A stretch of 64,000 nt of DNA from Candidatus Multivoradales bacterium (GTDB taxonomy: Bacteria > Acidobacteriota > Thermoanaerobaculia > Multivoradales > JAHEKO01). The notes under the pieces are model-generated. The model was given only the letters and a program-made list of their open reading frames with translations, was not told the origin of the DNA and did no database searches. The position numbers and the translations under genes are program-made. The stretch spans positions 492,015 to 556,014 of the forward strand of contig OZ245024.1 of the NCBI GenBank assembly GCA_965223875.1. The letters run 5' to 3'. Within the stretch, counting starts at the first letter, position 1. Each line of letters opens with the position of its first letter. Shown here piece by piece: positions 18,197-27,791 of this stretch.

Positions 18197-18274
18197 TGGT
18201 GTCCCCAACGGGATTCGAACCCGTGTTGCCAGCTTGAAAGGCTGGAGTCCTAGACCTGGCTAGACGATGGGGAC
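18197..18274 (-). tRNA. tRNA-Glu (anticodon UUC)
   Basis: Reverse complement: 'gtccccatcgtctagccaggtctaggactccagcctttcaagctggcaacacgggttcgaatcccgttggggacacca'. The 7-bp acceptor stem is GTCCCCA/TGGGGAC. The anticodon arm is ccagc-CTTTCAA-gctgg. The T-loop is TTCGAAT and a CCA end is present. Confidence 0.9.
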
Positions 18275-18347
18275 TTGTTGAGTGCCGTGAGCGGCTCAGA
18301 CGATGCGAGCCGGTGGGCGGGCGGACTTTAGCACAGGCCGGGGCGGA

Positions 18348-21300
18348 TCAGAGAGCGGCGAACTCGTCGCGGGCGGTGCGAAGGATCAGGAGGTCCGGGT
18401 CCGCGGTTTCCATGCGCTCGAAGAACTTGCCGTACTCCTCGCGAGCGGACTCGTCGAGACCCGAGAGGGCGTAGGCGCGGGCCATGCCGAGGTAGGCGAG
18501 GGTGTGGACCGGGCGGGTGGAGTCGACGGCCTCGAGCCCCTGCAGGCGGCGGAACTCGGCCGCCGCAGCGGCGCCGTCCTCGGCCTGCAGGTATGCCAGG
18601 CCTCGAAGGTAGATGCCGACCAGATACTCGGGGCCTTCCTCATAGGGCGTCACCTGCTCGAGCGTCTCGAGCGCGCCGTAGTGGTCTCCTTGAACCAGCA
18701 GGATCGCCGCCATGGCGATGGGGACGACGGCCTCCTGAATGAGGGTGTTGGTCGGATAGAGGGCGCCGAGCTCGCCGATCATCTGCAGCGCCTCGTCCTG
18801 AGCACCGGAGACGGCCAGAGCGATGGCGGCGGCGGGAAGCGAATCGCGCGTACGTGCCGTGTCGAGCGCCTCCAGGGCCAGATCCCGCGCGGCCACCGAG
18901 TTCCCGAAGGCCGCTTCGCGGCGAGCCGCCTCGGCCAGCAGGTAGGCGACCTGCGACTCGAAACCGAAGCGGCGCGAGACCTCGGTCGCCCGGCGCAGAA
19001 GCTCGCGCGACTCGGCGAGGCGTCCCCGCGACGCGGCGGCGCTCGACGCGTCGTGCAGGATCCAGGCCTCGCCCGGACGACCCGCGAGAGCCTTGATCTG
19101 GGCCTGCATGGCCGCCTCGTTCCCCTCCAGGTAGGCCACCTTGTACAGCGATCGATAAACCGAATAGTACGGCTGCCCCCTGTCGAGCGTCTCCTGCGCC
19201 ACGCGCTGAGCCTCGTCGAGCTGGCCCAGGTGAATATGCGCCTCCACCTGGTTGACGCGCGGTAGGACCTCGGATGGCTCGATCTCGACTGCGGCCGACG
19301 CCTCGCGCAACGCATCCTCCCGCCGGCCAATGTTGGTATAGGTCACCGCGAGGTTGTTCGGCGGCGTCCAGTCCCTCGGGTAGGTCTGCTTCCAGAGCTC
19401 GTAGGTCTGGATGAGCTTGTCCTGCTCTCCGGTGACCGTGCCGTAGTAGTGCGCGGTGATGTAGAAGTTCTCCTTCTCGCTCACCCTGTCGCGCAGCCCG
19501 AAGGCGATCGACTTCTGCTCGACACCCTTGTCCCATTCGCGGAGATTCGAGTAGATCGTGCCGAGCCTGGCGTGTGCCAGAGCGAACTCGGGATCGAGCT
19601 CGATGGCTCGCTGGAAGAGGACGATGGCCTCCTCCTCGAAGCCCTGACGGCGCTTCTCCGCTCCCAGGCTGAACGACTTCAGGGCCTCGAGCGAACGCGT
19701 CGTCGCCTGCTCCACCGCGACGTCGAATCTCTCGACCGACGCCAGGGACTCGCCGAGACGATGTCGTAGAGTGGTCGCCGCCTGCCCTACCGCCGTGAGG
19801 ACCCCTTCTTTGGTCGTGGCCTCGACCTGCTCGCGTGCCAGAACGTCACCGGTTACGCACTCGAGAGCACTCAGGGTCACAACGTAGTTCGTGCCGATCG
19901 TCGCGATCTCCCCGTTGACAAGAGCCTTGAGGCCCTGCCGTTGGCAGATCTCCTGGCCCACTGCCACCGTGACCGGTGCATCGGGTTCGAGCTCCATGAA
20001 GGCCATGGTCTCCTCGACCATGCCTTGGGGAGCAAGCTTCAAGAAGGGGGACTCGTCCAGCTTGACCGCGAGCGCTTCATTGAGCGGGCGGTCCCAAACC
20101 GGATCCCCTGTGTCGTTGACGAAGTCGGTCAGAAGCAGGACGTCGGTTTCGCTCAGAGCTGGGGCCGGTGCCGTCCGCCCGCTTATCCAGAGCCAGCCCG
20201 CCAAACCGAGAGCGACCGCCAGCCCGACACCGAGCAGCCCGATCCAGCGCCGGTTCTTGCGGATCTCGATCTCGATCTCCGTCTGGCTCGAGGTGCTCGC
20301 CCAGGTCGCCGTCGAGCCGGTCTCGTCGAAGGCACCCGCACCCGGCACCAGGGGACCGCTCGGGTCCGGCGCCAGCGGAACCTGATGGGCCGCGGTCGCC
20401 GCTTCGGAGTCGCCGAAAGCGTCGGGTTGCAGAGCCTCGCGACTCGCGGCGACCATGCCCGGAACCGAGGCGCCCGACTCGTGGTCGCGTTGCAGTCGCC
20501 TGAGATTCGAGGCCAGCTCCGCCGCGCTCTGGTAGCGGAGGTTCGGTTCCTTCTCGAGGGCGGTCGAGACGATCCGCTCGAGCTCGAACGGCAGCTCGAT
20601 ACCCAGGCGCGCTGGAGAGACCGGCGGCTGGTTGAGCAGCTTGTTGAAGATCGCCGCCTGCGTATTGCCACCGAAGGCGCGGCGCCCGGTCACCATCTCG
20701 TAGAGCACGGCGCCGAACGAGAAGATGTCGGAGCGCGGGTCGACCGGCTCGCCCAGGGCCTGCTCGGGCGACATGTAGGAGACGGTTCCCAGGGCCGTGC
20801 CGGAGCGGGTCAGGTCGTCGACCGCCATGTCGATGGCGGCGCTCAGCGCTTGGGTCTCGTCCTCGCTGTCGACCCGGTACTCGGGAGTCAGCTTGGCGAG
20901 GCCGAAGTCGACGATCTTGGCCTGCCCGTTGGGTGAGATGAAGATGTTCGAGGGCTTGATGTCACGGTGGGTGATCCCCTTGCCGTGCGCCGCGGCCAGG
21001 GCGTCGGCGACCTGAATGGCGATGTCGACGACCGTCTCGAGCTGCATCGGACGCCCCGCCATGGCGTACTTGAGGCTCTGCCCCTCGAGGTACTCCATGG
21101 CGATGAACGAGCGCCCGTCGTGCTCGTTGATCTCGTGGATCACGCAGATGTGGGGATGCGACAGCGCCGCCGCCGCGCGTGCCTCGAGCATGAAACGCTC
21201 GAGAGCGTTCCGGTCGCGGGAGAGCTCCTCGGCGAGAAACTTGAGCGCCACGAAGCGGCCGAGCTTGGTGTCTTCGGCCTTGTAGACCACACCCATCCCG

Positions 21301-21353
21301 CCACCCCCGAGCTTCTCGAGGATCCTGTAGTGAGAGACCGATTGACCGATCAT
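18348..21353 (-). CDS. Eukaryotic-like Ser/Thr protein kinase with transmembrane segment and C-terminal TPR repeats
   Basis: N-terminal 'GGGGMGVVYKAEDTKLGRFVALKFL' (Gly loop plus VAIK-like), 'HRDIKPSNIF' and 'DFGLAK'. A single TM lies around residue 370. TPR-like repeats fill the C-terminal half. Confidence 0.85.
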   Translation of the reverse strand: MIGQSVSHYRILEKLGGGGMGVVYKAEDTKLGRFVALKFLAEELSRDRNALERFMLEARAAAALSHPHICVIHEINEHDGRSFIAMEYLEGQSLKYAMAGRPMQLETVVDIAIQVADALAAAHGKGITHRDIKPSNIFISPNGQAKIVDFGLAKLTPEYRVDSEDETQALSAAIDMAVDDLTRSGTALGTVSYMSPEQALGEPVDPRSDIFSFGAVLYEMVTGRRAFGGNTQAAIFNKLLNQPPVSPARLGIELPFELERIVSTALEKEPNLRYQSAAELASNLRRLQRDHESGASVPGMVAASREALQPDAFGDSEAATAAHQVPLAPDPSGPLVPGAGAFDETGSTATWASTSSQTEIEIEIRKNRRWIGLLGVGLAVALGLAGWLWISGRTAPAPALSETDVLLLTDFVNDTGDPVWDRPLNEALAVKLDESPFLKLAPQGMVEETMAFMELEPDAPVTVAVGQEICQRQGLKALVNGEIATIGTNYVVTLSALECVTGDVLAREQVEATTKEGVLTAVGQAATTLRHRLGESLASVERFDVAVEQATTRSLEALKSFSLGAEKRRQGFEEEAIVLFQRAIELDPEFALAHARLGTIYSNLREWDKGVEQKSIAFGLRDRVSEKENFYITAHYYGTVTGEQDKLIQTYELWKQTYPRDWTPPNNLAVTYTNIGRREDALREASAAVEIEPSEVLPRVNQVEAHIHLGQLDEAQRVAQETLDRGQPYYSVYRSLYKVAYLEGNEAAMQAQIKALAGRPGEAWILHDASSAAASRGRLAESRELLRRATEVSRRFGFESQVAYLLAEAARREAAFGNSVAARDLALEALDTARTRDSLPAAAIALAVSGAQDEALQMIGELGALYPTNTLIQEAVVPIAMAAILLVQGDHYGALETLEQVTPYEEGPEYLVGIYLRGLAYLQAEDGAAAAAEFRRLQGLEAVDSTRPVHTLAYLGMARAYALSGLDESAREEYGKFFERMETADPDLLILRTARDEFAAL

Positions 21354-21555
21354 TCAGCGACCCGACGCTGGGAAACTCTGCTGGTATTGTACGTGCTGGC
21401 TTGATTCTGGGCCAGCCGAGCGGAAAAGGCAGGGCAATGGACGAACCGGCCGAGCGAGGTGGGAGCGAGGAGGTACGGTCGATCTGGTACCTCGCGGGCC
21501 ACTTCGAAGGCAGCCGGCGCCTACGCCGCTTCCAATCAACGCCTAGCCGTATCGC

Positions 21556-21838
21556 ATCGGGCGACACTCCGAGGTCGATCTCACCATCCCTTCCGACTCG
21601 GCACTGGTCGATGTGGTCGAGGTCCCTCCCGACTATCTGAAGTTCGATCTCAGTCTGATCCAGGGAATCGATCAGCTCCTGTCGAAGCAGAAGATGATCA
21701 CCAGCCTCGTCGGCCGAAGAGGCCGAGGTCTGCCGTCAGCTCGGATTCCGCTGGGGCCAGGGCTACCATCTGGGCCGGCCGGTTCCGGTCGACGATCTCC
21801 GTCCCGGCAGGGACGACTGACCGATCGAGCGGGCACCG
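21556..21838 (+). pseudogene. Remnant of an EAL-domain (c-di-GMP phosphodiesterase) gene, frameshifted and N-terminally truncated
   Basis: One frame gives '...PPDYLKFDLSLIQGIDQLLSKQKMITSLVG'. The +1 frame continues '...AEEAEVCRQLGFRWGQGYHLGRPVPVDDL*', matching the EAL C-terminal consensus (DxLKiD...vAEGVEt..lGcd.aQGY.f.rP). No N-terminal EAL half is present. Confidence 0.45.
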
Positions 21839-22254
21839 CGAAACCGACGGCCTGAGCCGTCGGCGGCGGTGTAAGAGATACGTCCAGGTGTAGCTACGCC
21901 AGAACCGCGAGAACCATCAGCGCCAGAGCGACGCCGAAGAGAACGAACTCGATCGGGTTCGAGGCCGACTTGGTAGCTTGCATGGAGGAAGGTTGCCACT
22001 CCCCCGAGCGGATGGCTGTGACGAGAGTCACACCGTCGCCGCGGACCCCGGGAGGAAAAGTGCGAGCCGGTGCCCGTCCAATCTTCCGAATGCAGTTAGA
22101 GATCGGAATGGCACTCCTCGCGGTCGCCGCCCTCGTCGCCGCCATCTGGATTCTCCGCGGATGGCTACGCAACTGGCCGGGCGGCTTCGGCCCCTAGTGG
22201 CCTGCAACGCCCAAACGAGGGCCGCCTGAGCGGCCCTCGGAGCCAACCAAGTTT

Positions 22255-22848
22255 CTATCGAAGGACGCGGATCCGACCCAGGTGGATCGGGTCGACGTCG
22301 AGGCCGATCGCCCGGAAGCGCCCGTCGTCATCGACACGAATCGATGCCGCGGCCCAGAGGTCGCCCTCACCCCAGCCCTCCTCGTCGAGCTCGATCACGG
22401 CGAGCGTCACATCGTAGTCGAGCGAGAGATTCCCCTGCTCGCTGGCCTCGAAGGCTCCGATCGGACGGTCCGCCGCGAGCACGATCGTGCGCCCGCCATC
22501 GCGTTCGAACTGATAGGCGTAGCGCACGTCGATGCCGAGCTCACCCTGGAGGGAGATCCGCCCGCGCGATTCGTACTCCTGGAGGGCGTTTCGCAGCGAA
22601 CGGTCCCCTCTCGGGACCGATGCGCTCTCGCCAGCGGCGCGCACTACCGCCTCGTGCTCGGCCTCACTGCTCCAGCTGTCGACCGAAACATCCACGAGGC
22701 TGGTGAATCCGGTGCTCCGGTGACCACCCTGGGCGCGCAACCGCAGAGGTTCCTCTCCCGCTGCCGTCGACAACGTCGGCGCGAAGCCCATGGCCAGCGC
22801 CAGAACCGCCAGCACGGAGGTGATTCGAATCGTTCGTGTAGGTCTCAT
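22255..22848 (-). CDS. Secreted hypothetical protein
   Basis: Signal peptide 'MRPTRTIRITSVLAVLALAMGFAPTLSTAAG'. Start taken at the internal Met. Confidence 0.45.
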   Translation of the reverse strand: MRPTRTIRITSVLAVLALAMGFAPTLSTAAGEEPLRLRAQGGHRSTGFTSLVDVSVDSWSSEAEHEAVVRAAGESASVPRGDRSLRNALQEYESRGRISLQGELGIDVRYAYQFERDGGRTIVLAADRPIGAFEASEQGNLSLDYDVTLAVIELDEEGWGEGDLWAAASIRVDDDGRFRAIGLDVDPIHLGRIRVLR

Positions 22849-23022
22849 TGTCTGTCCCCTCGGGAAGTCTCCTCCATCGCGTTGGAGCCACTCAGTGCAA
22901 GCGGCGCTCCAACCTACGAACCGCCGAATCACTGGGAAAACCTCGACTCTCGCTGCCTCGGCCTCTCACATTCGTCCTCTCCGGAGGACGGTCGAGCGAC
23001 CTACACGCGAGCCAACGCCCGG

Positions 23023-24093
23023 TCAGCTGGCCAGCCGCTTCACCAACGCGGCCATGCCGGCAGCGAAGAAGGGCGAGCGGTTGCCGTCCGAATCGAGCGC
23101 CACGAGCGACTCGAGCTGATCCGTCCAACCGACTCTGTCTCCGGCCCTCTCTCCCCTGGCCGGAGAGGCATCGGCCATCAGGGAGGCATAGGTCGCTTCG
23201 AGTCGATCGACGGCGCCGGCCAGCGACGCTTCCCTTCGCATGTGCTCCGAGACCCGTGCGGCCTCCGCCGCGTCGTAGCGGAAGATCGCGCGAGTGATCT
23301 GCTGCGGATTGGTGCGACGGGTGAGGGTCCGGGGACCGAAGTTCAGCCGCCGCAGCGAGTCGAGGTTCTCGGTCGTCACCATCGGACCGCTCCCCGGGTA
23401 GTCACAGAGTACGACGGCGCAGCCGGTGACCATGGCTTCGATCGCGGCCCGCCCCTTGGCGAAGACGATGTCGTAGGTCGGCAGGAGGTGCTCGGGCTCG
23501 GTGGTCACGCGGCCACATCGTGAGCCCACCACATCGAGTCGCAGATCGAGCTCCTGACAGGCCAGCCGCACCGGCGGGACGAACGAGTCGTCATCGGCGT
23601 AGTTGCTGAAGACGAGGGCGCGTCGGGGCTTCTCGGGAAGAGGGTCACGGGCGAAGAAACGCATCGTGTCGGCCCCGTTGGGGTGCCAGTCGACCTCGGA
23701 CTCGGAGAACCCGAGATCCTCCACCGCGGCTCGGCGGCAGTCGTCGCCGACGACCCCGACGCTGCGAAGCGCCGGTACGAGCGGCGGATACTGCAGCCAC
23801 CATCCGTCGACGTGGATCAGCCCGAAGATCGGTGACTCCGGCCAGGCGAGATGAGCCAGCAGCGTCTCGAAGTAGGAGTTGCCGTGGATCACGTCCGGCC
23901 GCGGCAGGTCCTCCGGGCGGTCGGAGACCTCGATGCCGTTCGAGCGCATCGCCTCGGCGACCTCTCCGAGAGTGAGCGACAACGCCGCCACGCGCCATCC
24001 GCGGCTCGCCAGCTCTCCGGCCACGTTGGCGACGTAGAGCTCGGTTCCGGCGCGAGCCTCGAGGGTATGGCTGGTGAGCAGTACGGTCTTCAT
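23023..24093 (-). CDS. Glycosyltransferase (GT-B fold, group-1-like)
   Basis: 'DIVFAKGRAAIEAMVTGCAVV' resembles the GT1 C-terminal sugar-donor motif. Start taken at 'MKTVLLTS'. Confidence 0.5.
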   Translation of the reverse strand: MKTVLLTSHTLEARAGTELYVANVAGELASRGWRVAALSLTLGEVAEAMRSNGIEVSDRPEDLPRPDVIHGNSYFETLLAHLAWPESPIFGLIHVDGWWLQYPPLVPALRSVGVVGDDCRRAAVEDLGFSESEVDWHPNGADTMRFFARDPLPEKPRRALVFSNYADDDSFVPPVRLACQELDLRLDVVGSRCGRVTTEPEHLLPTYDIVFAKGRAAIEAMVTGCAVVLCDYPGSGPMVTTENLDSLRRLNFGPRTLTRRTNPQQITRAIFRYDAAEAARVSEHMRREASLAGAVDRLEATYASLMADASPARGERAGDRVGWTDQLESLVALDSDGNRSPFFAAGMAALVKRLAS

Positions 24094-24260
24094 CGTCGGA
24101 TCGGCCTCGTCGAGCGAGCCGCCAGTATCGCCCATCGCCGTCGAGCGATTCAACAAACTCCAGCACGCTCGGCGGTCCGTGGCTGAGTGACCGAGATGCA
24201 AGCCGATGGGCCGCGAGGCGTCTCTCTGACAGACGACCTGTCCCTGAATCGGAGGACCGC

Positions 24261-24569
24261 ATGCACCGCAGCCGAATCACCTCGCGAGCCGCTCGCCTCA
24301 TACCGCTTGCCGCGGCCCTGTTCGTTGCGCCCACCGCCTACGGACACCTGAAGACCGGCAGCCCGAGGGTGAGCGAGGGCGATGCGGTCGAGCGCGGCCA
24401 GGTCATCGCCGAGGTCGGCGACACGGGTGACTCGGCCGCCGTCCACCTCCACTTCCAGGTGATGGAGGGCGGCCAGCCGATGCGCTCGATCCCGTACCGC
24501 TTCGACGGGGTCCGCATCCTGTCGAACGAGCTGGGCTCATGGATCGAGCCCAGCCCGGACGGTCACTGA
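24261..24569 (+). pseudogene. Truncated M23 peptidase (C-terminal half of domain only, fused to a signal peptide)
   Basis: '...TAYGHLKTGSPRVSEGDAVERGQVIAEVGDTGDSAAVHLHFQV' matches the M23 C-terminal half (HxH). The N-terminal HxxxD zinc-ligand half is missing. Confidence 0.45.
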
Positions 24570-27500
24570 GTCGATGTCGACACGTGCGGCACCCCGCTGT
24601 CGCGCGCCCAGGTGTTGACCGCCGACACGTCGGAGCTCTCGATCTCGGCGAGCTCGGCCTCGAGCTCCGCCCAGCGCGCCTCGAGGTCCGCCAGCCGCGC
24701 CAGGGCTCCGGCGGCGACCGGTGGTCCGGCGTAGTCGATGACGTCGAGAAGGTGACGCACCTGCTTGACCAGTTTGCCCGGCAGATTGTCCTCGTCCTCG
24801 TAGGTCTCGAAGTCGACCTGAACGACTTCCTCCTCCCAGGCGGTGAGCCGGTCGACCGCGCTGCGGCCCGTCGTCTGTAGCGCCTCGGCATCCGGGAAGG
24901 CGGCCATCAGCGCCTCCACCTGTCCCCGCGCCTTGCGGATCGCTCCCAGGCCGTCCAGCAGCTCGTTCATGAGCCCGGTCAGCCTGGCGACATGCCGCTC
25001 GACCTCGCCGAACTCGGCCGCGGTGGCCTCGACACGGCGGTCGGGCACCAGGGTGAAAGAGACCGTGTCCTCGGCGTCACCGATGGCGACGCGCGCCGTA
25101 TAGTCCCCCGGCTTGACGAAAGCCCCACCGAAACCCTCGAAGATGCGGATGTCGTCGATGCAGTGGAGCCCGTCGCCCCGCATGTCCCAGGTCCAGCGAT
25201 TGGCTCCCTGCCGCGTCGAGGGATAGCGGACCGAGAACGGGATGCGCTGGTCCATGTTGCCGAGGATGCAGCGCTCGAAGTCGCCCTCCTCGCTCGAGTA
25301 CGTGCGCACCACGTTACCGTCGGCGTCGCTGATCTCGATCGTGAGCGGTCCCTCGTGCTCGTCACGAATGATGTAGTCGAGGACCACGCCACGCGGCGGG
25401 TTCGAGCCCGACAGGCCGGCACCCCAGCTCCAACCGGCCCGGATCATCTCCACCGTACCCGGAGAAACGACGTGCAGGGCTTTGTCGGCCATCTCGTTGG
25501 TGACCGAGCGCAGCCGCGCCAGGTCGTCGAGCACCCAGAAGCCTCGCCCCTGGGTCGCGGCGACCAGATCGCCCTGACGGACCATCAGATCGGTGATCGG
25601 CACCGGCGGCATGTTGAGCTCGAGCGACTGCCAGTTCGCGCCGTCGTCGAAGGAGACGTACAGACCGCCCTCGCCGCCGGCGTAGAGCACGCCCTGCCGC
25701 TCCGGATCCTCACGAACCACACGGATGAAGTTGTCCTGCGGCAGATCGGCGTCGATACGCGCGGCCGACGCGCCGTAGTCGGTCATCTTGTAGACGTAGG
25801 GCCGGAAGTCGTTCATCTTGTACCCGGCGACCGCGATGTAGGCCGTGCCCGGGTCGTGGGGACTCACGTCGATGGCGTTGACCATCGCGCCGCCCAGATC
25901 ACCCGGTGTGACGTCCGACCAGGTGCCGCCATCGTCCCGGGTCACGTGCAACAGTCCATCGTCGCTGCCCACCCACACGGTTCCGTACTCGTGCGGTGAC
26001 GCGGTGATGGTCAGGATCGTGCCGTAGAACTCGGCACCGACGTTTTCGGCCGTGATCGGCCCCCCGTTCGCACCCTGCTTGTCGACCTCGTCCTTGGTCA
26101 GATCGTCGCTGATCTCCTCGAACGTGACGCCGCGATCCCGGGTCCGCAAGAGCTTCTGGGTGCCGTAGTAGACCACGCTCGGGTCCTGCGGCGAGGCCGT
26201 GACCGGCGCGTTCCAGTTGGTCCGGTAGCGCAGGTCCTTCGAGTGCATCCCGAAGACGAACTCGGGGTAGGGCTTGATCTCTCGCGTGCGCTGGGTCTCG
26301 ACATCGTATTCGGTCAGCGTGCCGTTGATCGTCGTCGCGTAGATCAGGCGCGGATCGTCGGGGTCGAAGGCGATGTGGGCGCTCTCACCGCCGCCGACCG
26401 GGAAGAAGTCCTTCGCCGAGATACCCCCGCCGTAGGTCTCCGACAGGATCGCCACCGTCGAGTTGTCCTGCTGGCCGCCGTAGATCCGGTACGGGAACTG
26501 GTTGTCGGTGTTGACCCGGTAGAACTGCGCCGTCGGCTGGTTCATGATGCTCGACCACGACTCGCCGCCGTCGAAGGTCACCGTGGCGCCGCCGTCGTTG
26601 GCCTGGATGAAGTTCAAACTGTCGTCCGGATTGATCCACAGGTCGTGGTGATCGCCGTGCGGAGTGCGTCTCTTCTCGAAGGTCACGCCCCCGTCGATCG
26701 AGCGCATGAACGGAGCGTTCATCACATAGACGAGATTGTGATCGAGCGGATCGGCCGCGATGTGCATGTAGTACCAGGAGCGGGTCCACAGGATCCTCGT
26801 CCCGTTCTTGAGCGACCAGCTCTCACCGCCGTCGTCGCTGCGATAGAGACCGCCCTCGCCCGGCATCGCCTCGACGATGGCGTAGACCCGCTTCGGGTCG
26901 CTGGCCGAGACATCGATGCCCACCTTGCCGATCGTCTCCGGCAGGCCACCGGAGAGCTTCCTCCAGTTGTCCCCGCCGTCGGTCGACTTGAAGATCCCTC
27001 CGGCCTCGCCGCCCGACAGGATGTACCAGGGCTTGCGGCCGTGCTCCCACATCGCGGCGTAGAGGACACGCGGATTGGTCGGATCCATCCTCAGATCGGT
27101 CGCGCCGGTCTGCGCGTCGACGGAGAGGACCTGCTCCCAGGTCGCTCCCCCGTCGGTGGTGCGATAGACGCCCCGCTCCTCGTTGGGGCCCCAGATCTGT
27201 CCCTGAACCGCGACGTAGGCGACATCGGGATCGCGCGGATGGATCTTGATGCGGGCGATCTGGCCCGCCTCGGGAAGTCCGATGTGCTCCCAGCTCTCCC
27301 CGGCGTCGGTCGACTTGTACATGCCGTCGCCGTGGCTGGTGGTGACGCCGCGAATCGACTTCTCTCCGGTGCCGACGTAGATGACGTTGGGATCGGACTC
27401 GGCGACCGCGATGGCTCCGATGGTGCCGACGTTGAAGAAGCCGTCGGAGATGTTGCGCCAGCTCGTACCGGCGTCCTCGCTCTTCCACAGACCGCCTCCG

Positions 27501-27709
27501 GTGGCGCCCATGTAGTAGACGCGCGGATTGCCGCGCACTCCCGATACGGTCGTCACCCGTCCCCCACGGTACGGGCCGACGAAGCGCCACTTCATCGCCG
27601 AATAGAGCTTCGGATCGACGGTCTCCTCGGCCGCCGCGACCGACGGCCCTGTCACCTGGGCGGCCACCAGGGCCACTCCAGCCAGTCCAAACCCGAGCCA
27701 CTTGTGCAT
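24563..27709 (-). CDS. Secreted BNR/Asp-box repeat protein (sortilin/VPS10-like, GH74-like beta-propellers)
   Basis: Signal peptide plus many Asp-box motifs ('KSEDAGTSW', 'KSTDAGESW', 'RTTDGGATW', 'KSTDGGDNW', 'RSDDGGESW', ...). 1048 aa. Confidence 0.75.
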   Translation of the reverse strand: MHKWLGFGLAGVALVAAQVTGPSVAAAEETVDPKLYSAMKWRFVGPYRGGRVTTVSGVRGNPRVYYMGATGGGLWKSEDAGTSWRNISDGFFNVGTIGAIAVAESDPNVIYVGTGEKSIRGVTTSHGDGMYKSTDAGESWEHIGLPEAGQIARIKIHPRDPDVAYVAVQGQIWGPNEERGVYRTTDGGATWEQVLSVDAQTGATDLRMDPTNPRVLYAAMWEHGRKPWYILSGGEAGGIFKSTDGGDNWRKLSGGLPETIGKVGIDVSASDPKRVYAIVEAMPGEGGLYRSDDGGESWSLKNGTRILWTRSWYYMHIAADPLDHNLVYVMNAPFMRSIDGGVTFEKRRTPHGDHHDLWINPDDSLNFIQANDGGATVTFDGGESWSSIMNQPTAQFYRVNTDNQFPYRIYGGQQDNSTVAILSETYGGGISAKDFFPVGGGESAHIAFDPDDPRLIYATTINGTLTEYDVETQRTREIKPYPEFVFGMHSKDLRYRTNWNAPVTASPQDPSVVYYGTQKLLRTRDRGVTFEEISDDLTKDEVDKQGANGGPITAENVGAEFYGTILTITASPHEYGTVWVGSDDGLLHVTRDDGGTWSDVTPGDLGGAMVNAIDVSPHDPGTAYIAVAGYKMNDFRPYVYKMTDYGASAARIDADLPQDNFIRVVREDPERQGVLYAGGEGGLYVSFDDGANWQSLELNMPPVPITDLMVRQGDLVAATQGRGFWVLDDLARLRSVTNEMADKALHVVSPGTVEMIRAGWSWGAGLSGSNPPRGVVLDYIIRDEHEGPLTIEISDADGNVVRTYSSEEGDFERCILGNMDQRIPFSVRYPSTRQGANRWTWDMRGDGLHCIDDIRIFEGFGGAFVKPGDYTARVAIGDAEDTVSFTLVPDRRVEATAAEFGEVERHVARLTGLMNELLDGLGAIRKARGQVEALMAAFPDAEALQTTGRSAVDRLTAWEEEVVQVDFETYEDEDNLPGKLVKQVRHLLDVIDYAGPPVAAGALARLADLEARWAELEAELAEIESSDVSAVNTWARDSGVPHVSTSTQ

Positions 27710-27791
27710 CGATATCTCCCTCTTCGTAGTGAAAACGCTGCGCGATTCTATTGGCTGGAGTGGCGGACGGCCACCGCGAGACGGCGGCCTC

